Part shown: positions 38,673-47,170 of the stretch, piece after piece
Numbering within the stretch: position 1 is the first letter of the stretch
Layout of the letters: each line of letters opens with the position of its first letter
Assembly: GCA_963823995.1 (NCBI GenBank)
Contig: CAWGNQ010000005.1
Location: 514,510 to 578,509, forward strand
DNA length: 64,000 bases
Reading direction: 5' to 3'
DNA from: an uncultured Acidobacteriota bacterium
GTDB taxonomy: Bacteria; Acidobacteriota; UBA6911; RPQK01; JAPXNP01
Position numbers and translations under genes: made by a program
The notes under the pieces: generated by a model
The model's database searches: none
What the model saw: only the letters and a program-made list of their open reading frames with translations
Told to the model about the DNA's origin: nothing

Positions 38673-39629
38673 ATGAAGAAATTCGATGATCTTACGGAGC
38701 AGGAGATCCTGGCACTTGCCATTTCTCTGGAGGAAGAGGACGAGCGGGTCTACGCGGACTATGCGGAGGGGCTTCGCTCGCAGTTTCCCGCCTCGGCCGC
38801 GGTCTTCGACGGCATGCGGAAAGAAGAGTCCGTTCATCGTCGACGGCTGACCGAGCTTTACATGCAGAAGTTCGGAGCGCACATTCCGTTGATTCGCCGC
38901 CAAGACGTCCGAGGGTTCGTTCAGCGTACGCCTTCCTGGCTGATCCGACCGCTGGGTCTGGACACGGTACGCAAGCAGGCCAGTGCCATCGAGGCCGAGA
39001 CTCGCCGTTTCTATGAGAAGGCCGCACGCCGGACCGAAGACGCGAGCCTTCGCCAACTCCTCGACGACCTGGCTGTCGAAGAACGGGCACACGAGAGACA
39101 TGCCCATGAATTGGAGAAGAAGGCTCTGCCCGAGGACGTGAGGGAGTCCGAGGACCAGGCCAACCGTCGGCTCTTCGTCCTTCAGGTAGTTCAGCCGGGT
39201 CTGGCCGGGCTGATGGATGGCTCCGTCTCGACGCTGGCCCCGGTCTTCGCGGCGGCGATGGCTACCCGCGACAGCTGGGACGTCTTCGTCATCGGTCTGG
39301 CCGCCTCGGTGGGAGCCGGAATCAGCATGGGTTTCGCCGAAGCCCTTTCGGATGACGGCAGCCTGACGGGCCGCGGGCACCCCTGGGTCCGCGGTCTGAT
39401 CTGCGGCGGCATGACGACGCTCGGCGGAATCGGCCACACCCTTCCCTTCCTCACCCCCGCGTTCCAGCTGGCGATGACGATCGCTTTCCTGGTCGTCCTC
39501 GTCGAACTCGGCGTCATCACCTGGATCCGCCATCGCTACATGGACTCTCCGACCCTGACGGCGGCACTACAAGTCGGTCTGGGCGGCGCGCTGGTCTTCA
39601 TCAGCGGACTCCTGATCGGGAGCTCGTGA
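38673..39629 (+). CDS. Membrane-bound ferritin-like protein: rubrerythrin/ferritin-like di-iron domain fused to a VIT1/CCC1 iron-transporter domain (MbfA-like, Er-VIT1)
   Basis: Two ExxH motifs (EESVHRRRL, EERAHERHAHE) in the N-terminal domain. VIT1 signatures GLMDGSVSTLAPVFAA, GFAEALSDDGS, GGMTTLGGIGHTLPFL. GGGAGAGAG RBS before the ATG at 38673. Confidence 0.85.
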   Translation: MKKFDDLTEQEILALAISLEEEDERVYADYAEGLRSQFPASAAVFDGMRKEESVHRRRLTELYMQKFGAHIPLIRRQDVRGFVQRTPSWLIRPLGLDTVRKQASAIEAETRRFYEKAARRTEDASLRQLLDDLAVEERAHERHAHELEKKALPEDVRESEDQANRRLFVLQVVQPGLAGLMDGSVSTLAPVFAAAMATRDSWDVFVIGLAASVGAGISMGFAEALSDDGSLTGRGHPWVRGLICGGMTTLGGIGHTLPFLTPAFQLAMTIAFLVVLVELGVITWIRHRYMDSPTLTAALQVGLGGALVFISGLLIGSS

Positions 39630-39633
39630 TACA

Positions 39634-40028
39634 GGGGAGTCGGGAGAACCGGAGGACGGGAGAACGGGAGAATGGGAGAACGGGAGGACCGAGGGCGGGA
39701 TGGGGGATTTGAGTGGGTCCTGCGGTCGCGGGGCTCCTTCGGACTCATCGAGAGAGGAGACTTTGGAGGTTGTGAGACTGCGCCGTAGCCGCCTTGGAAG
39801 TGCGGCAGCCTGATGCCGCTTTTCACGGGGCGGGCCCGGATTCGCCAGAAAACCGACGCTGAGCAAGCAGCGGCGGATCCTCGAGTCTTTCGTCGGCCGG
39901 CGAAGGGGCGACAAGATTGGGAATCCGCGTTGAGCCGATAGCGGAAGCGAACTTCCGCACTTCCAAAGAGGCTTCGCCGCAGCTCCGGTTTCCCATTCTC
40001 CCTTTCTCCGGTTCTCCCGTCCTCCCGC
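39634..40028. repeat. MITE-like structure in a convergent intergenic region: (CGGGAGAA)n array at 39634-39705, its inverted copy at 39987-40028, flanking a ~36-bp imperfect inverted repeat pair and hairpins
   Basis: Left array cgggagaacc ggaggacggg agaacgggag aatgggagaa cgggaggacc. Right array is its reverse complement (ggtttcccattctccctttctccggttctcccgtcctcccg). Inner IR gagaCTGCGccGtAGCCgcctTGGAAGTGCGG (39774-39805) pairs with 39941-39986. Local hairpins GCGGAAGcgaaCTTCCGC (39941-39958) and GCGGCAgcctgaTGCCGC (39802-39819). Confidence 0.7.
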
Positions 40029-40029
40029 T

Positions 40030-40866
40030 TCACCGTGCGGGTGCAGCGTCAGGCCTGTGCTCGACCACGTAATTCGCCACGGTTCCGACCGGTGCGATCC
40101 AGATGCCGTTGGCGGGATCGTTGGCGTATCGGCAGAGGGCATCGAGCGTGGATGAGTAGGTCGTCTGCGCATCCGAATCGCCGATTTCGTGGCCGGCGAG
40201 GATTAGCCATCGGCCGTGTGTCACCGCATCCTCGATCAGCGGCCGGATCCGGTCGAAGTCCTTATTGTCGCTCTCCATGGCCAGCAGCTGGGCCATGTCG
40301 CAAAACCACGGGTCGTTCGAGTTTTCGTCCAGCCAGCCCCGGCCCGACGAAAACAGCTCCGCAACCAAAGGCACATAGCTCTGGACATGCTTTCCCCGAC
40401 CGACGAACTTCTGACCACAGGGGTAGGCGAAGGATGTCGGCGTGACACCCAGCTTTTCATGGATGAGCCGGTCGGCCTCCTCGAGTTGGGTGCGCATCTT
40501 CCCCAGCGAGTAGCCCTCGAGGGCGTTCCGACGCGACCAGACGAAATTGCCGGTGCAGGGATGGCTGACCGAGTGATTGCCGATCTCTTGGCCGTCGGCC
40601 ACGGCCTTCTTCCAGGCTTCCAACCTCTGATCCAGGGGCCCCGGCTGGACATAAAAGGTGGCCTTGACCCCGTACCGGTCGAGCAGCGGGATTCCCTCAT
40701 CCGGCTGGCTGAGTCGGGCGTCGTCGAAGCTCAGGCTCAGCGCCGCTCTCTTCCCATCGGGCCATGGAAAAGGCTCGGAGGAGGTCTCGGAGCCTTCATA
40801 TTGCGCAAAGGCCAGAGTCGAGACGGCCAGGACAAGAAAGATGCTTCCCGTGGATTTCGACAACAT
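40030..40866 (-). CDS. Polysaccharide deacetylase (carbohydrate esterase family 4), secreted
   Basis: NodB-type motifs FDDA, HSVSHP. Signal peptide MLSKSTGSIFLVLAVSTLAFA. Confidence 0.85.
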   Translation of the reverse strand: MLSKSTGSIFLVLAVSTLAFAQYEGSETSSEPFPWPDGKRAALSLSFDDARLSQPDEGIPLLDRYGVKATFYVQPGPLDQRLEAWKKAVADGQEIGNHSVSHPCTGNFVWSRRNALEGYSLGKMRTQLEEADRLIHEKLGVTPTSFAYPCGQKFVGRGKHVQSYVPLVAELFSSGRGWLDENSNDPWFCDMAQLLAMESDNKDFDRIRPLIEDAVTHGRWLILAGHEIGDSDAQTTYSSTLDALCRYANDPANGIWIAPVGTVANYVVEHRPDAAPAR

Positions 40867-41085
40867 CAGCAGTCTCCTTCGTCGATCGTTGCCCTTCGGT
40901 CGTCACCAACGATAACGCTGCGACCACAATCTGACCAGCAGCTGGTCTTCCGGGCGGGTTCGGGCCAGAATGAAGACCTCGGCGAGGCGGTGTCGACAGT
41001 CTCCCGGAGCACGTCTGCTCCACCTGCGGCATCTTGCGGATGCCGGGCCAAGGCGATCCATGACGAAGAAAGAAGGCGAACGAAG

Positions 41086-43441
41086 TTGAGAAAGTCCGTG
41101 GTTCTGACTCTGGCAACCCTCTTCATCGTTTCCACTCGGTTCGAATTCTCCCAAACCGGCGGTGATCGTCCCCTCTATCGGGATCCGAACCAGCCGATCG
41201 CGCGCAGAGTCGAGGACCTCCTGAACCGCATGACGCTCGAAGAGAAGATCGGCCAGATGAATATGCCGTGCGTTTATGAAGACGGGCTGGGACGCAGCAT
41301 CGAGGCCAAGACCTCGAGTGTGAAAGCGTGGGCCGCCGGAACCTTGATCGAAAACTTGGGCCCGAGCGGCGGGTACTTCACCCTGCCCAACACGATCCTG
41401 CGCGAGGGGACCCGGCAACAGGTTCTGTTCCTGAACGAACTGCAACGAATCGCCGCCGGGACCCGACTCGGGATTCCGCTGCTCGAAACCGAAGAAGGCA
41501 CCCACGGTCTGATGTGTTCCGGAACGACGATCTTCCCGGAAGGGCCGGCCCTGGGCAGCACCTGGGACCTGGACCTCATTTCGCGCATCTACGCCGCCGT
41601 CGCCCGGGAGGCCCGCTCGATCGGCATCCACCAGATTTTCACACTCGTCGTCGAGCCGATCCGGGATCCGAGGCTGGGCCGGAACCAGGAAGCGTACAGT
41701 GAAGATCCGTACCTGTGTTCACGCTTGGCCGAAACGATCGTGCGAGCCGCCCAAGGGAACGATGTCTCGTCTCCCGATCACGTCGTGGCCGGCCTGTGCC
41801 ACTATCCGGGACAGAGCCAGCCGGTCAGCGGACTCGAACGGGGTGCCATGGAGATCTCGGAGCGGACCCTCCGGGAGACCTTTCTTCCCTCCTGGGAAGC
41901 CGGAATCAAAAAGGCGGGGGGCCTCGGCGTCATGGCGACCTATCCGGCCGTCAACGGGGTACCCACGCACGCGTCCGAATGGCTTCTAACACAGATCCTG
42001 CGGAAAGAGTTGGGCTTTCGCGGGCTCGTCTTGAGCGAAGGCGGGGGCATCGGCACGCTGGTCTATGAAGGTTTGGCTCCGAACCAGAAGATCGCCGGTC
42101 GGCTGGCGCTCCGGGCCGGGGTGGATGTGGGCATCTCCTTTGAATCGGGCTATATGCAGGACCTGGTCCACTCCGTTGAGGAGGGCGCAGTGCCCATGGA
42201 ACTGATTGATCGGGCTGTCGGACGCATCCTGGAGCAGAAGTTCCGCCTCGGACTGTTCGAGAATGCGCAGTCAGACCTGGACAGGGCCGTCGAGGTCGTC
42301 CACAGCGGAAATCATCAGGATCTTGCCCTCGAGGCGGCTCGTGAGGGTGTCGTCCTCTTGAAGAACCAGGATGAGCTGCTGCCTCTGAGCGACAACATCC
42401 GCTCCCTCGCGGTCATCGGGCCCAACGCGGACAACGAGCGGAACCAGCTGGGAGACTACGTCGCCCACACCGTTCTTCAGGACGTGGTCACCGTGCTCGA
42501 CGGCATCCGACAGGCCGTCTCTCCAACGACCGGCGTGACCTACGTCAAGGGATGTGACGTCACCCTGACGCCGTACGACGAGATTGCCAGGGCCAGGGTC
42601 GGCCGCAGCCGGAGCCGACTGCGCCGTCGTCGTCCTCGGTGAGAACGAATGGCAGGCCCGGGACGAGGACGGCAAGCGGGTCGGGACCGACGGAGAGGGC
42701 TTCGATTCCGCCACTCTCGAGTTGACCGGAAGGCAGCGGGAGCTGGTCCAGGCAGTCGTCGACACCGGAACGCCCACCGTCGTCGTTCTGATCAACGGGC
42801 GTCCGCTGGCGACGCGTTGGATCGACGCCCACGTTCCGGCCGTCGTCGAGGCCTGGATCCCCGGCGAGAAGGGGGGCCAGGCCGTCGCGGAAGTCCTCCT
42901 CGGAAAGGTCGATCCGAGCGGAAAGTTGAGCGTGACCGTACCCCGGCACGTCGGCCAGTTGCCTGTCTACTACGACCACAAGAAGTCGAAGCGCTACTGG
43001 ATCCGGCATGGCTGGGGCAGGCCCTACGTGGACATGGATCCCGCACCCCTCTATCCGTTCGGTCACGGCCTGAGCTATACGTCCTTCGAATACGAGAATC
43101 TCAGGATCACGCCGGAACAAATCGGACCAGGTGGAACGGTGACGGTTCAGATGGATTTGCGCAACAGGGGATCACGCTACGGGAAAGAGGTCGTTCAGCT
43201 CTACATCGAAGACCTCGTGGCGACGGTGGCGACGCCGGTCAAGGAACTGCGCGGCTTCGAGAAGATCGGTCTGCGGCCCGGAGAGACGAAAACGGTGACC
43301 TTCGAGCTGACACCGGACCTCCTGGCCCTCTACGACCGCCACATGCAGAGGGTCGTCGAGCCCGGCCGCTTCAAGGTCAAGCTCGGCAGTTCCTCCCAGG
43401 ACATCCGCCTCACCGGCACCTTCACGGTCCAAAATCGGTGA
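41086..43441 (+). CDS. Glycoside hydrolase family 3 (beta-glucosidase/beta-xylosidase-like) with C-terminal Fn3-like domain; reading frame broken near 42593-42612
   Basis: GH3 N-domain (KIGQMN..., HYPGQS, GLVLSEGGGIG) in frame 1 up to 42642. GH3 C-domain and Fn3-like domain (CAVVVLGENEW ... PLYPFGHGLSY) in frame 2 from about 42590. The switch lies in the direct repeat CCAGGGCCAGGG. Start inferred as TTG at 41086 (MRKSVVLTLATLFIVST signal), low certainty. The ORF-track N-terminal extension to 40216 is antisense of the CE4 gene. Confidence 0.75.
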
Positions 43442-43505
43442 CACGCACGTAACGGCGTCGTAAGGTCCTGCCAACAAAGACTTTTGGTGCCGGTCTGGTA
43501 CTTCT
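43433..43505 (+). repeat. Copy B of the 3'-flanking repeat element
   Basis: aatcGGTGACACGCACGTAacggcgtCGTAAGGtcctgccaacaaagacttttggtgCCGGTCTGGtac. The GH3 stop TGA (43439-43441) lies inside the GGTGAC core. Confidence 0.8.
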
Positions 43506-43637
43506 TTGGAAACCAGCTGCGCATACGATGGTGAGGATGCGTGGCCGGAACCGCCTCCGATGGGAGCTGGTGAGGCACTTCGAGCAGGGCATCATCCAGC
43601 CGATTCGGAGCAAGGCGCGCCCGCGTCGAAATTGGAG

Positions 43638-43709
43638 AAAAGTACCAGACTCGGACCAGAAGCCTTTATTAGTAACCACTTACGAGGCAATTACGTGCGT
43701 GTCACCAAT
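43638..43709 (-). repeat. Copy C of the 3'-flanking repeat element (inverted orientation)
   Basis: The reverse complement reads gattGGTGACACGCACGTAattgcctCGTAAGtggttactaataaaggcttctggtCCGAGTCTGGtac. Forms an inverted pair with copy B about 130 bp away. Confidence 0.8.
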
Positions 43710-43776
43710 CTCCCTGGAATCGCCGTCGCTCGTGGGCGTCCGGGGGCGCTGTTTTCCACCGCAAAACTGGGGAAAG

Positions 43777-43853
43777 GTGCCAGACGTAGCACGAAAGTCT
43801 TTGTTGATGATGGTTTACAAGTCTAATCCGTGCGTGTCACCAATTTCGTCCAG
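43777..43853 (-). repeat. Copy D of the 3'-flanking repeat element (inverted orientation)
   Basis: The reverse complement reads aattGGTGACACGCACGgattagactTGTAAaccatcatcaacaaagactttcgtgctaCGTCTGGcac. Starts 9 nt after the GH51 stop (TGA at 43854-43856, minus strand). Confidence 0.75.
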
Positions 43854-45449
43854 TCACACATCGAGACGGAGGATGTTCACCGAATGCGGACCGAGCGCGA
43901 TCGTTCCGTCGAAACCGTCCAGCCGGCGGGTCTCGGGCTTCACTCTCTCCGGGTGATTCACGTCGTTGTACGCGTCGGGGGAGGGTCCTGCCAGGATCGT
44001 GACCGTGGGGCGGGAGTTCCCGGACGCATTCGCGAGCATCGGCCGGCAGACCACGGTCGCGTCGGGGTGCCGATTCACGATGGCCATCGAAACGGCTCGA
44101 CGATCGTCGCTGCAGGTGACGACGGCGTCCAGGACGGGCACGCTCTCGCCGCTGTGCGCGAAGGCGTCACACCGAACCGAGGACGCGACCATGTTCGGCT
44201 GCAGGAACTCGCCGTACATCTTCAGGACATGGAAAGTCGTGCGCTTGACGATGCCTTTCGGGTGGACGAACAGAGGCCCCCGGGTGTTGACGACAGGCGC
44301 CATGTTGGCCATGTAGATATGCTTCGCCTGCCGGATGCACGCGTTCAGGAAGCACCCCGAAAAACAGGCATCGGCCATCGTGTACGTGTCGTTCAAATCG
44401 TTCTTGTCCCGCTCCTTCAGGAGTTCCTCGCTCTTCCTGATCGGATAATTGCCGGGATGATGCCAACCCCTCAGATTCCATTCATCGAAGGCGATCCGGA
44501 CTCGGTCGGAGAGTTCCGCCTCTTCGAGAATCGCAATCGTGTCGAAAATCTGTGCTTCGGGCTTGACGGATCGCATCATGCAGTCCGCATAGCCGCTGAC
44601 ATTGTTGACCTGCCAGAGCGGATCCCAGTAACCGTGGATCGAGATGTAGTCCAGATAGTCTCCGGCACGCTCGAGCAGGGGCATCGTCCACTCACGATTG
44701 GACTGGGCGGCGGCGAACAGTTTGATCGAGGGATCGACCATCCGCATCATCTTGGCCGATTCGCGAACGAAATAGCCCCACTCTTCGTCGGTCTTCGCTC
44801 CGATTTCCCAGCCGCCGTAGTTCTCGTTCCCAATGCTCCAGTAACGGACATTGTGGGGTTCCGCGAAGCCGTTTCCCTGTCGCATCTTCGCGTACTGTCC
44901 TTCGTGTTCCAGATTGCAGTACTCGACCCAGTCGCTCATTTCCTCAGGCGTGCCGGAACCCGCATTCGTGCAGATATAGGGTTCGGCCCCGATCTCCCGG
45001 CACCAGGTCACGAACTCGTCGGTGCCGAAGGTATTCGGATCCTCGACCTTCCAGGCTTTGTCATAGGCGGCGACGCGCGGCGTGGCGACACCGTTCTTCC
45101 AGTGGTATCCGGAGACGAAGCAGCCACCGGGCCAACGGACGACCGGCACCTTCAGCTCGCGCAACGCCGCGATGACGTCCTTGCGAAAGCCCCGCCTGTC
45201 CGAAAGCGGAGATCCGGGCGCGAAGATTCCTCCGTACACCTGACGGTGGAAGTGCTCGATGAACTGGCCGAAGATCATCCGGCTGACGGGCGTCAAATCG
45301 GACTGCAGGTCGACTTCGATCTCTGCAGATGTAGACTGAGCGAACATTCCACGCAGCGAGTGGGAAAAAGCGGCGGCACCAAGCGTCGTCTTTGTCGTCA
45401 CGCCGAAGAAATTGCGTCGATTCATCTCATTCATCGCTTTGATACTCAT
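43854..45449 (-). CDS. Glycoside hydrolase family 51 alpha-L-arabinofuranosidase with TAT signal peptide
   Basis: IGNENYGGWE catalytic-region motif. TAT motif NRRNFFGVTTKTTLGAAAF. ATG at 45449 (MSIKAMNEMNRRNFF) with GGAGG RBS 5 nt upstream. Confidence 0.85.
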   Translation of the reverse strand: MSIKAMNEMNRRNFFGVTTKTTLGAAAFSHSLRGMFAQSTSAEIEVDLQSDLTPVSRMIFGQFIEHFHRQVYGGIFAPGSPLSDRRGFRKDVIAALRELKVPVVRWPGGCFVSGYHWKNGVATPRVAAYDKAWKVEDPNTFGTDEFVTWCREIGAEPYICTNAGSGTPEEMSDWVEYCNLEHEGQYAKMRQGNGFAEPHNVRYWSIGNENYGGWEIGAKTDEEWGYFVRESAKMMRMVDPSIKLFAAAQSNREWTMPLLERAGDYLDYISIHGYWDPLWQVNNVSGYADCMMRSVKPEAQIFDTIAILEEAELSDRVRIAFDEWNLRGWHHPGNYPIRKSEELLKERDKNDLNDTYTMADACFSGCFLNACIRQAKHIYMANMAPVVNTRGPLFVHPKGIVKRTTFHVLKMYGEFLQPNMVASSVRCDAFAHSGESVPVLDAVVTCSDDRRAVSMAIVNRHPDATVVCRPMLANASGNSRPTVTILAGPSPDAYNDVNHPERVKPETRRLDGFDGTIALGPHSVNILRLDV

Positions 45450-45650
45450 CAAAACCTCCCCGCCTGCGAAGAAATCTCCCACCTATTACACGCTTCGGAC
45501 TCATCATTAGCTATGGCTTTGAATCGGAGAAATGTCAAGGATTGATTGGCTCGAGGGATTCGCGGACCCTTCTCCCGTGTACCGCCGCGAGTGTCCGTAT
45601 CTGTCGCCGATGCCGTATTGTCGGCTCACGGAGGAGGCCGATTGAGGGTC

Positions 45651-45899
45651 TCAGCTCCGCAATTGAGGACCGGGCGGCTGGCCGGCTGCGGTGGCGGATA
45701 GACCCTTGCGATTCTGTTCCCGCACGGTACTCGCAAGGTAGGACACTTTGACGAAGATCAGCGACAAAAGCATGATCACCATGCCGAAGAACGGGTCCGT
45801 CTCGAAGAAGCCGGACATGGCACCCATCAGGATCACCAAAACGACTCCGACCAGGATTCCGGTGAGATCGACCTTCAGGTTCTCTTTGTTGATAGACAT
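45651..45899 (-). CDS. Small membrane protein (83 aa, two predicted TM helices)
   Basis: MSINKENLKVDLTGILVGVVLVILMGAMSGFFETDPFFGMVIMLLSLIFV. AAGGAG RBS before the ATG at 45899. Lies directly downstream of the anti-sigma factor gene. Confidence 0.5.
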   Translation of the reverse strand: MSINKENLKVDLTGILVGVVLVILMGAMSGFFETDPFFGMVIMLLSLIFVKVSYLASTVREQNRKGLSATAAGQPPGPQLRS

Positions 45900-45901
45900 G
45901 A

Positions 45902-46420
45902 TCAGAATTCTCCTTTCGCCGCCCGGCTCCAGAACGATCCAAGCCGGCTTGCGCCGAGAACGAGGAGAGTCGCCGACGTGGAGACGAACACGATCACCGT
46001 CATCTGAACTGCTCCCCAACTGTTCGCGACGGCATTTGCCAGTCGCAACTTGTCGGTCCGAGTGTCCCAGTCCATCAGGACCATGACGCCCACCGCCACC
46101 ACACTGGCGACCAGAGGGACGACGACGTTGAACGCCGCTGCCCAAGTGCCACGCGTAGACGGGGCGGAACTCGTCGCTTCGATCGCTGCAATCGCCCCGA
46201 ACGTCTCCGACTCCAAAGCTTCCAGTTTCGCCTCCGCAAGATCGGGAGATGCCAGCGCCGTAACAAGATCCTCACGCTCCCGCTGGAGCCGTTCGAGGGT
46301 GGAGGTGCAGTGTGGGCACGCGGCCAGGTGAGTCCGAAGCGCGTGTTCGGCCCGCGAGGAGAGCTCCCCCTCAACCAGCAGCTCCAGTTGTGAAAACATC
46401 TCTTCACAGCTCACTTGCAT
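45902..46420 (-). CDS. Anti-sigma factor with zinc-finger (ZAS-type HxxxCxxC) and one transmembrane segment
   Basis: HLAACPHC motif near the N-terminus. Central TM helix (VVVPLVASVVAVGVMVLM). Start overlaps the stop of the upstream ECF sigma gene. Confidence 0.7.
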   Translation of the reverse strand: MQVSCEEMFSQLELLVEGELSSRAEHALRTHLAACPHCTSTLERLQREREDLVTALASPDLAEAKLEALESETFGAIAAIEATSSAPSTRGTWAAAFNVVVPLVASVVAVGVMVLMDWDTRTDKLRLANAVANSWGAVQMTVIVFVSTSATLLVLGASRLGSFWSRAAKGEF

Positions 46421-46965
46421 TCCTCCTTCGCCACCATCCTTCGCCGCAGCAGCTCTTTGCCTCTCTTCAGACGCAGACCGACGGCGGAGACCGTCAACTG
46501 CAGGGCTGCTGCGATCTCCGCATAAGACATGTCGTGGGCGTACTTCAACGTCAGTACCGCCCGATATCCGGCTGGAAGCGTGCGTAGCGTCTGTCTCAGA
46601 CGTTCGTGTCGATCCACTTCTTTCGACCGTTGGTCCACCCAGGTGTCAGCCCGATATTCCGGGTCCTCGGGATCCTCCTCCATGGGTGCCTCCCTGTCCC
46701 GATGACGAGCCCGCAAAGCATCGATGGAGCAGTTGGCTGCGACGCGGAGTATCAGAGGTTGAAAGGGCCTGGCAGCATCGATCCGGCTGCGCATCCTGTA
46801 GACCCTCAAGAAAGTCTCCTGAACCACATCATCGGCCGCAGCTTCATTCTCCAGGATTCTCACCGCCAGCCAGTAGACCTCACGACAGGCGGCACGAAAG
46901 ATTTCGCGAAAGGCCCCGTCATCTCCCGCCACCCATCGCTCGATCGTGGTTCGACTCAACTCCAT
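46411..46965 (-). CDS. ECF (sigma-70 family group IV) RNA polymerase sigma factor
   Basis: Region 2 (VQETFLRVYR) and region 4 HTH (MSYAEIAAALQLTVSAVGLRLKRGK). Start at 46965 (MELSRTT...) or 46986. Confidence 0.85.
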   Translation of the reverse strand: MELSRTTIERWVAGDDGAFREIFRAACREVYWLAVRILENEAAADDVVQETFLRVYRMRSRIDAARPFQPLILRVAANCSIDALRARHRDREAPMEEDPEDPEYRADTWVDQRSKEVDRHERLRQTLRTLPAGYRAVLTLKYAHDMSYAEIAAALQLTVSAVGLRLKRGKELLRRRMVAKEECK

Positions 46966-47170
46966 CGCGCTCCCACCCCGTCTCATATTACGAATGAAGG
47001 ACCGGGAAAACTTACATCAATTACCTGAGCTGCGGGCAGCCAGTGAGTCGATTCGCGACATCAGTGCAGTTCGCCGGCTCTCTGATTCGCACTGCGCAAG
47101 TCCACGATAAGTCCGCCTTCTTTACGCTCTGGCCCGTCTGGGTTAAGCTCGGCCGAAAAGGAGAGTTTCG

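Noticed and set aside
40216-41085. N-terminal 290 codons of the 808-aa ORF-track ORF
   Set aside because: This stretch is antisense of the CE4 deacetylase gene. The GH3 protein proper begins with a signal peptide near 41086.
43422-43956. Several 80-140 aa ORFs between the GH3 and GH51 genes, with recurring ...YVRVTNF... peptides
   Set aside because: They are translations of the conserved 3' repeat-element copies B, C and D in various frames, not proteins.
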